Shown here in pieces: positions 36,385-45,483 of a stretch of 64,000 bases of DNA. Position 1 is the first letter of the stretch. Each line of letters opens with the position of its first letter. The position numbers and the translations under genes are program-made. The notes beneath the pieces are model-generated. The model was not told the DNA's origin and did not search any database. It was given only the letters and a program-made list of their open reading frames with translations. The stretch is from Bacteroidota bacterium (lineage in GTDB: Bacteria > Bacteroidota > Bacteroidia > Bacteroidales > CAIWKO01), in the NCBI GenBank assembly GCA_037128515.1, contig JBAXWF010000004.1, forward strand, positions 38,319 to 102,318, in the 5' to 3' direction.

Positions 36385-38687
36385 ATGCAAACACCAAACA
36401 AATTCCACGATAGTAAAACAACCAAAGAAAGTTCCGAATATTGGGAAACAATGTATCAGGAATTTCTTGATTTCAGGCGTAAACAGCCCCAGGGAATGCC
36501 TCCTGCAAAAATTGCAGGAGCCACCAATCCTTTGTTTACTTGGGTGCAGCAACAGCATCAGTTTAAACTTTTATTATCGGTTACACGTTTAAAAAAATTA
36601 AATGCAGCCCGATTTGTTTGGGCCACAAACGAAATAGATCCCGAATAGGAGAAGGGGTATCTCGATTTTCTAAAATTTAGGCAGGATCATCCAACGGGGA
36701 TGCCATCAGCAAAATTAAAAAAAAAGAGTAACCCACTCTATAGATGGTGTTATCTACAGCGCAGAAACAAAGATATGCTCACGGCCAACCAACTTGCCAA
36801 GTTGAAAGCTGCCGGCTTTGAATGGGAATTTAGGATAAAACTGGTGGAAGAAGTTTGGGAGAAGAACTTTGAAAACTTTGTGGAGTTTAAAAAGGAGCAT
36901 ACCCACACCATGCCTTTGTGTATGAGCAATGGGATGGTAAACCAACTCTATTTGTGGTGCAATAGCCAAAGGGTTCTAAAAAGCAAGCTTGGGTCCGATA
37001 GAATTGCGCGGCTTAAAAACGCAGGGTTTGATTTCGAAAAGCTCGAAATTTTTTCACCATGGGAACTACGATATATGGAATTTTAAACCTGGCGCAAAAA
37101 CAATCCGCATGGCATGCCAAAGAAATACAATGATGGGGTGTCATGTTCCCTGCAAGGCTGGTGTATATCACAGATAAAGAAAAAAGAACAAAAAAAACTT
37201 ACCCGGCAACAAATTACAAAATTGGACAAGGCCGGGTTTGTATGGGTAATAAAAGACCTGGATGCTACATGGGAAAAAAGGTATCAAGAATTTGTAGAGT
37301 TCAAGAAAAACAACCCCACCGTTTCGCCTCCAACCCGAATAAATGGCATAGCCAGTCCGCTTTATTCATGGTATATGCAACAGCGCGACTTTAAATACAA
37401 ACTATCGCCCGAACGCATTAGCAAACTCAATGCCGTTGGCATGAACTGGAAAAATTTTAACAATGATAAGGCTTGGGAACAGCATTTTGCAGCATTTGTT
37501 GAATTTAAGAAAAACAATTCTGAAAAAATGCCAACGTATGATAAAATCGATAAGGCAAAAAAACCGTTGTATCATTGGTGTTTTATACAAAGAAGAAATA
37601 AAATTAATGGATTGCTGTCAGAAATAAAAACAAAACGACTTGAAGCTGTAGGTTTTATTTGGGGATATTTTGATTTTGATGAGGCATGGGAGAATCATTA
37701 TAAGGACTATGTAGCCTTTATTAAAGAAAATCCCGGAAAAAAACTGGTAGAAAGTGGCAGCAAACAAGAAGGTATCATTAGCCGATGGTGCTCAAGGCAA
37801 CGGTCTCGTAAAATTAAACTGTCGCCAGAACAAATCAAAAAACTGGATGATTTGGAATTTGTTTGGGAAATACTTGTGGGTAAACAGGATTTGACTTGGG
37901 AAAAATGGTTTCAGCAATATCGTAGTTTTTTAAAAAACAATCCAACAGGGATACCTCCGTATAAAATAAACGGTAAAACAAATTTCTTAAATGTATGGTA
38001 TGTGAAACAATGCCAAGGAAAAAAGTTGTTATCAGAAAATCAGATAAACAGATTGAACGAGGTCGGTTTTGTTTGGCAGATAAAAAACAAAATAGAAAAA
38101 TGGGACTCCATGTTCTGCAAATTTGTCGAATATAAAGAAAGCAAAGATGCAGGGAAACCTACTTTCCTAACACCAGCACAGCCTAAAAAGATTCAAGATT
38201 GGTGCAGCACGCAACGAACAAATAAAACGAAACTAACTGCCGAGCAAATCAAAAAACTGAATGATGCAGGTTTTAGTTGGCAAGAAAAAACAATGATCAA
38301 AACTGGGAAAATTTTTATTTGCAATATCTTGCGTTTAGGGCAAACAAAACAAAGGGCATGCCAGATGCTTTTCTGCATGGCAAAGCAAATCCGCTGCACT
38401 CCTGGTGCCGCCGAATGCAAAAATTTAAAAATAAACTCTCGGCCGAAAAAGTTCAAAAACTGAATGATGCAAACTTCGAATGGTATTTTTTTATTCCCGA
38501 TAGGATGGAGTTTTATAACGAGTTTCTGGAATTAAAGAAGCAATCCAATAATGTCATTAAGGAAAGAAACAATCCGGTTCAAAAGAAAACCATATATGAA
38601 TGGATTCAGGAACAAAGAGATAAAAAAGAACTACTTTCACCTGAGTATATACAAAAACTGAATGAGGCCAATTTTGATTGGGGTTAA
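36385..38687 (+). pseudogene. Array of 11 helicase-associated (HA) domain-like repeats, interrupted by two in-frame stops and one frameshift
   Basis: Repeats of about 65-70 aa: W-E-x2-[FY]-x2-F-x2-F-K-x-N-...P-...-PLY-x-W-x3-QR-...-L-x3-QI-x-KL-x3-GF-x-W. TAG at 36646-36648 and TAA at 37084-37086 are in frame with the flanking ORFs. The frames switch at the A6 run 38285-38290. Confidence 0.65.
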
Positions 38688-38858
38688 TAAATAACCCGGC
38701 CAAAGAATGCAGCAGTAAATTGGATAATTAAAATTTAGCAGTAACAGCGCCTATAATTATCGCGACAAGCCAGCTGTTATGCGCAACCAATGCGCTCCGA
38801 ACAAACGGCATCGCTACTTGAAAGTATTAAATAAGTAACAAACAAAAATTTAAACAAA

Positions 38859-39497
38859 ATGAGAAACTTATTTTTATATTTATTATTAGCAATAATTCTT
38901 TTTTTTATCTCATGTAAAAAAGACAATTCAACAATCTACAGTGCTTCAAATGAATTTGCAACAACGACAAGTTTAGCTGGTTTTGGAGACCGACCAGGAA
39001 CACCTTCTGGATACCCTTTTTGTTTGCCTTATAATGTGAGAGTGACAACCCCGATAGTTATTATTGATAGTACGGTTTCCTCTTATCCAAAATATGGAGT
39101 AGGCATTATTAATGGAATCTTTACGCTGAAAAATTCAAACAATTATCCTGCAACTGTAAATTTTCCTGCCGGTCTTATTTTCTTACCTGATAATGATACA
39201 TCACAAAAAGGTATGACGGTTTATCCAGTAACCTTCACGATTCCCTCGAACGACTCAACGAGAATCCTTTTGAGGTTTTCTTGCATTAATAAACACAAGA
39301 ACTATTTTTATGTAAATTATTATACAATGAGCGTAATATCTAACAATAATCAAGTCGCAACATTGACAAATGCGCTAAAGAATAAAAATGATAGTATATT
39401 ATTCAACCATAGATGGCAATTGCAAGATATGGTCTATGATATTTCTGAAAGTACTGGACTTACTCAAGCTGATTTAGATAGTATTCAAAGTTGGTGA
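38859..39497 (+). CDS. Hypothetical lipoprotein
   Basis: 212 aa. Lipoprotein signal MRNLFLYLLLAIILFFISCKKDN. No family recognised. Confidence 0.65.
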   Translation: MRNLFLYLLLAIILFFISCKKDNSTIYSASNEFATTTSLAGFGDRPGTPSGYPFCLPYNVRVTTPIVIIDSTVSSYPKYGVGIINGIFTLKNSNNYPATVNFPAGLIFLPDNDTSQKGMTVYPVTFTIPSNDSTRILLRFSCINKHKNYFYVNYYTMSVISNNNQVATLTNALKNKNDSILFNHRWQLQDMVYDISESTGLTQADLDSIQSW

Positions 39498-39581
39498 TTG
39501 CAGGAATAAAATCTTGTTGCGGAAAATTTAGTATGCGCATAACACCAAGATTAAAAAACTTCTTTAATCCCTTCTTCGTCC

Positions 39582-40391
39582 TCACTTTTTATCCACAGGC
39601 AAAAACCCCGAATGCCTGCGAAACCACACCACAAAGCCCGGCGGAACCACACAAAGCACTGCTCGTGTAATGCGGTTCAAGGCACCAGGCATCAGTGTCG
39701 ATTTGCCACCAAACAAAGCCTTCACACTCAATCGGGCCAGTTTGTCAGCCCGCATCATAATACCAAAGCGAATAGCTTTTTTATGATTGGCATCAGATAA
39801 GCCCAACAAATCTGTCGACACGGCCCCCGGCAAAATGCAAGTAACATACACATTGTAATCAAGCATTTCAGAGCGCAACGCCCGCGAAAAACTTTTCAGA
39901 AAACGTTTAGTGGAACTGTATAGCGCTATGCCCGGATACGGCAAGTAAGCCGCCAACGACGATATGTTGAGGATATATCCAAACCCACGTTGTTTCATAT
40001 CCTTGCCAAACAAGCTGCAAAGCAAAGCAGGAGTAACAGTTTGTAGCACCAGCATGGTTTGTGCTTTTTCGGCAGGCGTTTTCACCACTTCGTCAAAAAA
40101 AAACATACCGGCATTGTTCACCAGCACATCCACCTGCCATTGGTTTTCCTGGCATGTCGTGTAGAGCGCGGTAGCAGCATCCACTTGCGCCAAATCCATA
40201 TACACCACTCGGGCATCAATAGCATAATCATGCGATAGCTCATCGCAAACCGCCTGTAGTTTTTCGCGCTGATTGCTTACCAAAATCAGGTCATAATTTC
40301 GTTGAGCCAGTTCGCAGGCAATAGCATATCCAATACCCGAACTCCCGCCCGTTATCAAGGCTGTGCCTGCCAATGTAGAAGTTCGCGTCAT
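39582..40391 (-). CDS. Short-chain dehydrogenase/reductase (SDR)
   Basis: 269 aa. TGGSSGIGYAIA cofactor motif, NNAG, and the catalytic YSSTK. The start overlaps the upstream gene's stop (ATGA). Confidence 0.85.
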   Translation of the reverse strand: MTRTSTLAGTALITGGSSGIGYAIACELAQRNYDLILVSNQREKLQAVCDELSHDYAIDARVVYMDLAQVDAATALYTTCQENQWQVDVLVNNAGMFFFDEVVKTPAEKAQTMLVLQTVTPALLCSLFGKDMKQRGFGYILNISSLAAYLPYPGIALYSSTKRFLKSFSRALRSEMLDYNVYVTCILPGAVSTDLLGLSDANHKKAIRFGIMMRADKLARLSVKALFGGKSTLMPGALNRITRAVLCVVPPGFVVWFRRHSGFLPVDKK

Positions 40392-41620
40392 GCTGTGCGC
40401 ATTTTTTTAACCCGATGAATTTCTTTAACCGAACAGTGCGGCAAATCAGAAACGTGCTCATGGCAGGCCATTTCTATTGAATACATTCGGGCAATACAAT
40501 AGTTACTGCAAATGCATCGGTTCACGGCGTCTTCATCCAGTTTCATGCGGTTCACAAAACCGGGTTCGTTGAGCAAAGCGCGAGCCATCGAAACAAACTC
40601 GAAACCCAAGCCAAGCACTTCATCTATTTTCTTGCGCGACAAAAGTCCACCCACATAAATCAGCGGAAGAGTCACGGCTTTGCGAAATTTCAAAGCATCT
40701 TCCAAAAAGTAGGCTTCAGTAAAAGGCACTTCACGAATCATCCATCTTCCGGCAAGACCCACACCCATTTTTAGCGGAAGGCTTTTCATATAATGCGTCA
40801 GAGTGCGAATGGGCATAGCACCACGCATCACAAACATGGGTGCTTTGCTCACAAACCCGCCGCTCAGCACCAACGCATGCGCACCGCATTGCTCCAACAT
40901 TCGCGCCACTTCAATGCATTCGTCAGTTTCCATGCCACCCCGAAAACCGTCGCGCATATTGGTTTTCACCACCACACCCATATCGTTGCCGGCGGCCTGC
41001 ATCACACTTTCCATGGCCATTTGCATAAAACGCGCCCTGTTTTGCAACGAACCGCCAAACTCGTCCTTGCGCCGGTTCGTATAAGGCGAAAGAAACTGAC
41101 TAATAAGGTAGCCATGTCCTGCATGCACTTCCACACAATCGAAACCGGCTTCGCGAACTATATTCACACTCTCGCCAAACGAGGTCGCCACTTGCACTAT
41201 ATCCTCTTTTGTCATTTTTCGCGTCCAGGTAGGCGAGTAAATGTTAAGCCCACCCGAAGGCGAAAGGGGTGTACAACCGGCAACACTTTTCTTCGACATA
41301 TTGCCACAATGCCCCAGTTGAACCGACACCGAAGCACCTTCGCGGTGAATGGCATCGGTGAGTGTGCGCAGTTCGGGTATAATTTCTTTTCGCAGCCACA
41401 GTTGGTGCGGAAACGACAACCCACTTTGCGTAACCGCAGCATAGGCAATGGTCGTCATGCCAATTCCGCCTTGGGCCACCGAAAGATGATAATCGAATAA
41501 CATTTGCGAAGGTCGGTGGTTAGGGCACATGCCTTCAAAAGCGGCTGCGCGTATCGTTCGGTTGCGAAGCCGCACCGGACCAATAGATGCCGGCGTGAAT
41601 AGAGTAGAGGATGTTGTCAA
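40388..41620 (-). CDS. Old Yellow Enzyme-family NADH:flavin oxidoreductase with C-terminal Cys cluster
   Basis: 410 aa. HAGHGYLISQFLSPYTNRRKDEFGGSLQNRARF motif. The C-terminal CICSNYCIARMYSIEMACH recalls the Fe-S motif of 2,4-dienoyl-CoA reductase-like enzymes, but no FAD/NAD domain follows. Confidence 0.8.
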   Translation of the reverse strand: MTTSSTLFTPASIGPVRLRNRTIRAAAFEGMCPNHRPSQMLFDYHLSVAQGGIGMTTIAYAAVTQSGLSFPHQLWLRKEIIPELRTLTDAIHREGASVSVQLGHCGNMSKKSVAGCTPLSPSGGLNIYSPTWTRKMTKEDIVQVATSFGESVNIVREAGFDCVEVHAGHGYLISQFLSPYTNRRKDEFGGSLQNRARFMQMAMESVMQAAGNDMGVVVKTNMRDGFRGGMETDECIEVARMLEQCGAHALVLSGGFVSKAPMFVMRGAMPIRTLTHYMKSLPLKMGVGLAGRWMIREVPFTEAYFLEDALKFRKAVTLPLIYVGGLLSRKKIDEVLGLGFEFVSMARALLNEPGFVNRMKLDEDAVNRCICSNYCIARMYSIEMACHEHVSDLPHCSVKEIHRVKKMRTA

Positions 41621-41840
41621 GTTACTATCGAAAATAGGATGGTTTGTAAAAGTTCAATTTTTTGTAAATATACAAAATCAAAAGAAACCACAATAGGTTT
41701 TTGAAACAGGGTGTAAAATACCAAAGCCGTAAACAGCCATAGTGGAAATCAATGCGATAAATATCATACAATATTTCCACCGATGTTGTCTTTTACTTTT
41801 TAACTTTGCCAACGCAAAAACACCAATTGAACCCAAACCC

Positions 41841-42773
41841 ATGAAGATACTTAACACTGCCATTTTACTGATAGTTACTTTGCTCATAGTTCCGCTCATC
41901 AGTTATTTTTTTGGCAAAGCATTGGGGCCAAACGAGTGGAAAGCCCTGCACACACTAATTTTAATGGCAGCAGCAGTCATAGCCTATTCGTTTATTGTTG
42001 GCGAACTCACCAAAAACAACAGTCAAGTGGATAAGCTCTGGAGCCTAATACCAATTGCTTATGCTTGGGTGGTGGTGGCTTACGGCGATTTTGCACCGCG
42101 GCTGCTGCTAATGGGTGTGCTCGTCACCTTGTGGGGTGTTCGGCTCACCGCAAACTTTGCCATGAAAAGAGCGTATCAATGGCGTTTTTGGTCGGGCGAA
42201 GAAGATTATCGATGGCAGGTGTTGCGCCAAAAACCCGAGTTCAGCAAACCTTGGATTTGGATGCTTTTCAATCTTTTGTTTATTTCGGGATATCAAAACG
42301 TGGTGATATTGCTGTTTGTCTTGCCCACCATTGTTGCGCTTCAAAATAATAGTTTCCCTTTGGGTAGTATTGATTACACGGCGGCCACACTGATGTTTGG
42401 TTTTATCGTTTACGAAATGGTGGCCGACATCCAACAATGGAAATATCAAAGCAAAAAATGGGCGATGATTAAAGCAGCGGAGGAACTGAACAGCGATTAC
42501 GAAAAAGGATTTTTGGATAAAGGCTTGTGGGCCATCAGTCGGCATCCCAACTATTTTGCCGAACAAGCAATTTGGGTTTGTTTTTATTTGTTTAGCGTGG
42601 CTGCAAGTGGTTTGTGGTTCAACTGGAGTATAGCGGGATGTTTGCTGCTCATAGTTTTGTTTCAGGGAAGTTCAAATTTTAGCGAAGAAATTAGCGCAGG
42701 CAAATATCCGCAGTATGCTGCCTATCAAAAAAGAGTGCCACGCTTTTTTCCGTTTGGGTGGATCAAGAAATAG
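41841..42773 (+). CDS. DUF1295 / steroid 5-alpha-reductase-like membrane protein
   Basis: Polytopic, with the ISRHPNYFAEQAIW motif. Start chosen at MKILNTAILL (41841), because the longer ORF from 41742 overlaps the divergent promoter region. Confidence 0.7.
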   Translation: MKILNTAILLIVTLLIVPLISYFFGKALGPNEWKALHTLILMAAAVIAYSFIVGELTKNNSQVDKLWSLIPIAYAWVVVAYGDFAPRLLLMGVLVTLWGVRLTANFAMKRAYQWRFWSGEEDYRWQVLRQKPEFSKPWIWMLFNLLFISGYQNVVILLFVLPTIVALQNNSFPLGSIDYTAATLMFGFIVYEMVADIQQWKYQSKKWAMIKAAEELNSDYEKGFLDKGLWAISRHPNYFAEQAIWVCFYLFSVAASGLWFNWSIAGCLLLIVLFQGSSNFSEEISAGKYPQYAAYQKRVPRFFPFGWIKK

Positions 42774-42879
42774 ATTCGGAAATTTTGTCATAAAACATGC
42801 CTTTATTGCATAAGGAACAATTTTTGACGACCCCCAAAGATGAAATGATTTTAAGTTTCATTCATTAAAAACCAATACA

Positions 42880-43854
42880 ATGGAAAACACAAATACATTA
42901 CGTCCATTGGGGCGCAGCAATATGATGGTAACACCCATAGGTTTGGGTTGTTGGCAGTTTAGCAAACAACAAAACATGGCTGGAAAATTCTGGCCTACCC
43001 TAGAAGACGACCTAATTGATAAAGTGGTATCCCTTTCGCTCCAAGGCGGTATTAATTGGTTTGATACGGCCGAGGTGTATGGCAACGGCGCATCGGAAAA
43101 AGCACTTTCAAAAGCCCTTCAGGCAGCCGGAAAAAAACCGGGCGAAATACAAATAGCCACCAAATGGTGGCCAATGTTTCGTTTTGCTTCCAACATGTCG
43201 AAAACCATCCATAAACGTATCGAAGCATTATCACCCTATCCAATCGACCTGTTTCAGGTGCATCAACCCTGGGGTTTTTCAAACGAAAAAGCCGAAATGG
43301 AAGGCATGGCTGCCCTTCTCAACCGCAAGTTAATTAAGAATATTGGTGTCAGCAATTTCTCAGCTAAGAAAATGCAACATGCCTGGGAAACGCTTGATAA
43401 AAAGGGAATAACCTTGGCAACAAATCAAATGCCTTATAGCTTGTTAAATCGCAAAATCGAATCGAATGGCGTCATGGAAATGGCAAAAAAACTTGGTATT
43501 ACTATCATCGCCTATTCGCCCCTAGCGCAGGGAATGGTTACCGGAAAATTTCACGACAATCCCGAATTACTTAAAAACATTGGTTTCCGAAAATATAGTG
43601 CCAAATTTAAACCTGCCGGAATGACGAAAAGTTTGCCTTTGATAAAACTCATTAAAGAACTTGCCCTGAAGTACAATGTTTCTGCTTCACAAATTTCGCT
43701 CAACTGGTTGATAAATTTTCAGGGCAATACGGTGGTTGCCATACCCGGAGCCACCAAAGAAAACCATGTTAAAGAAAACACCGGAGCCATGTCGTTCCGT
43801 TTAACCGACGAGGATATGGAACGCTTGGATAAAGAGAGCGCTATTTTTAAATGA
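42880..43854 (+). CDS. Aldo/keto reductase
   Basis: 324 aa. LGCWQF, GINWFDTAEVYGNGASE, DLFQVHQP and IPGATK motifs of the AKR family. Confidence 0.85.
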   Translation: MENTNTLRPLGRSNMMVTPIGLGCWQFSKQQNMAGKFWPTLEDDLIDKVVSLSLQGGINWFDTAEVYGNGASEKALSKALQAAGKKPGEIQIATKWWPMFRFASNMSKTIHKRIEALSPYPIDLFQVHQPWGFSNEKAEMEGMAALLNRKLIKNIGVSNFSAKKMQHAWETLDKKGITLATNQMPYSLLNRKIESNGVMEMAKKLGITIIAYSPLAQGMVTGKFHDNPELLKNIGFRKYSAKFKPAGMTKSLPLIKLIKELALKYNVSASQISLNWLINFQGNTVVAIPGATKENHVKENTGAMSFRLTDEDMERLDKESAIFK

Positions 43855-43880
43855 TACAATAACACCGTTATAAAAAAAGA

Positions 43881-43910
43881 AAGGCATACTGTGTAAACAA
43901 TATGCCTTTT
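43881..43910. terminator. Hairpin terminator between convergent AKR and ferritin genes
   Basis: Stem aaggcata/tatgcctt with a 12-nt loop. It is flanked by an A run upstream and a T run downstream, so it could act in both directions. Confidence 0.55.
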
Positions 43911-43931
43911 ATTTTTAATATGAAGATAAAT

Positions 43932-44453
43932 CTATGCTACGGCTCCGGGCAACAAGGGGTTTACAAACACCCGAGTTTTTAGTTCGCGGTCCAGTAGTAG
44001 CAGTCCTTGTCCTTTGCCTTCCACAATCTTCAGTTGCTCCAGAATTTCTGTGGCATTGGCTTCTTCTTCCACTTGTTCGGCCACAAACCATTGCAATTTG
44101 TTGTTGGTAGCATGATCTTTTTCTTGTATGGCAATATCCACCAAGTTGTTGATTAGTCCAGTTACCATTTGTTCGTGCGCTAAAATAGCTTCGAAAACAG
44201 CTATCGCATCGCTCCATTCCATATCGGGTTGTGCAATGGCTTTTAGGTGGGCGTTTCCACCGCGTTCGTTCACATGGTTGAAAAACAACATCCCGTGCGC
44301 CGCTTCTTCCTGCATTTGAATATTCATCCAATGGGCAAAACCTGGTAAATTTTTACGCACAAAATAGGCCGACATGGCCAAATACAAATAGGATGAATAA
44401 AACTCGGCATTGATTTGTTGGTTCAATGCATCTTCCATTTTTTTTGATAACAT
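43932..44453 (-). CDS. ftnA: Non-heme ferritin
   Basis: 173 aa. LNQQINAEFYSSYLYLAMSAYF and EEAAHGMLFFNHV ferroxidase-centre blocks. Confidence 0.9.
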   Translation of the reverse strand: MLSKKMEDALNQQINAEFYSSYLYLAMSAYFVRKNLPGFAHWMNIQMQEEAAHGMLFFNHVNERGGNAHLKAIAQPDMEWSDAIAVFEAILAHEQMVTGLINNLVDIAIQEKDHATNNKLQWFVAEQVEEEANATEILEQLKIVEGKGQGLLLLDRELKTRVFVNPLLPGAVA

Positions 44454-44550
44454 ATAGTTGATTTTAAATTAATAAAATAAAATTATCATTTTTGATTAAT
44501 ACAAAAATACAACATTTTGAAAGAAAATGGAAGAGAATAATCGTTTTATT

Positions 44551-45435
44551 TTATCCTTTCAGTGCGTTCACCCCGCTCACAATTTCAATGATTTCGCGTG
44601 TGATGGAAGCCTGACGTGCTTTGTTGTACGACAAACGTAGCGATTTCAACAACTCATCGGCATTATCAGATGCTTTTTGCATGGCCGACATGCGTGCACC
44701 TTGTTCCGAAGCCCACGAATCGATGAGTGCTTTATAAATTTGAAGTTTCAGTGTTTTCGGTACCAAATCTTTCAGGATTTCATCCTTGCTGGGTTCAAAA
44801 ATATAATCGGGTGTTCGTTTAAGTTTGCTTTCTTTGGCAACAAGTTTTGTAATAGGCAAAAACTGCTCTATAGTGAGAATCTGAGTGACGGCATTTTTAA
44901 ACTGGTTGTAAATAATCTCAATATTGTCGTAAACTCCGGTCGCGTATAAATCCATTAGTTTCAGGGCAAGTTGGCTCGTTCTTTCGTAAGTCAGGTTTTC
45001 GTAAATACTGTCGTGATTTTCAACAACTGAAAACTTGCGTTTCCCCAAAAATTCGGTTGCTTTCTTACCAATAGTTATTATATCCAAGCCGCCGTTTTGA
45101 TTGCGCTCAGCATGATTTGCGTTTATATGAACCATTGCTGCTTTCAGCACATTCGCATTGAAGGCACCACATAAACCCCTGTTGGACGTGATGATTACCA
45201 AGAGCGTTTTTTTAATCTTGCGTGTTTTAAAATATACCACATCGTCCGAAACATCAGCACTAGCACTTAAATTGGAGAGCAATTCGTTGAGTTTGTTTGC
45301 ATAGGGGCGCAATTTCTGTATGGCGCCCTGAGCTCTGCGGAGTTTAGCAGCCGACACCATTTTCATTGCACTTGTAACCTGCTTGGTGGTGTTAACCGAC
45401 GCTATTCGAATTCGTACTTCTTTTAATCCGGCCAT
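44551..45435 (-). CDS. atpG: F1 ATP synthase subunit gamma
   Basis: 294 aa. N-terminus MAGLKEVRIRIASVNTTKQVTSAMKMVSAAKLRRAQ and C-terminus ITREIIEIVSGVNAL. Confidence 0.95.
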   Translation of the reverse strand: MAGLKEVRIRIASVNTTKQVTSAMKMVSAAKLRRAQGAIQKLRPYANKLNELLSNLSASADVSDDVVYFKTRKIKKTLLVIITSNRGLCGAFNANVLKAAMVHINANHAERNQNGGLDIITIGKKATEFLGKRKFSVVENHDSIYENLTYERTSQLALKLMDLYATGVYDNIEIIYNQFKNAVTQILTIEQFLPITKLVAKESKLKRTPDYIFEPSKDEILKDLVPKTLKLQIYKALIDSWASEQGARMSAMQKASDNADELLKSLRLSYNKARQASITREIIEIVSGVNALKG

Positions 45436-45483
45436 GCCATAATTTATTTAATCATTAAAATCCTTTTTGGATTTTTTAGCATA

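Noticed and set aside
36646-37086. In-frame TAG/TAA in the HA-repeat gene as evidence for stop-codon reassignment
   Set aside because: TAA and TAG terminate conserved genes at their expected lengths elsewhere in the window (fumC TAA, dtd TAG, gap TAA, M23 TAG). A global recoding is therefore not supported.
40793-41500. 235-aa ORF antisense to the OYE-family oxidoreductase, plus nested ORFs 40803-41084 and 40840-41028
   Set aside because: It lies antisense to a gene with clear family motifs. Its sequence is His/Arg/Thr-rich and low-complexity. It is a compositional artefact.
41678-41899. 73-aa minus-strand ORF overlapping the 5' end of the DUF1295 gene
   Set aside because: It overlaps a better-supported gene and its promoter region. 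It has no motif or coding signal beyond being hydrophobic.
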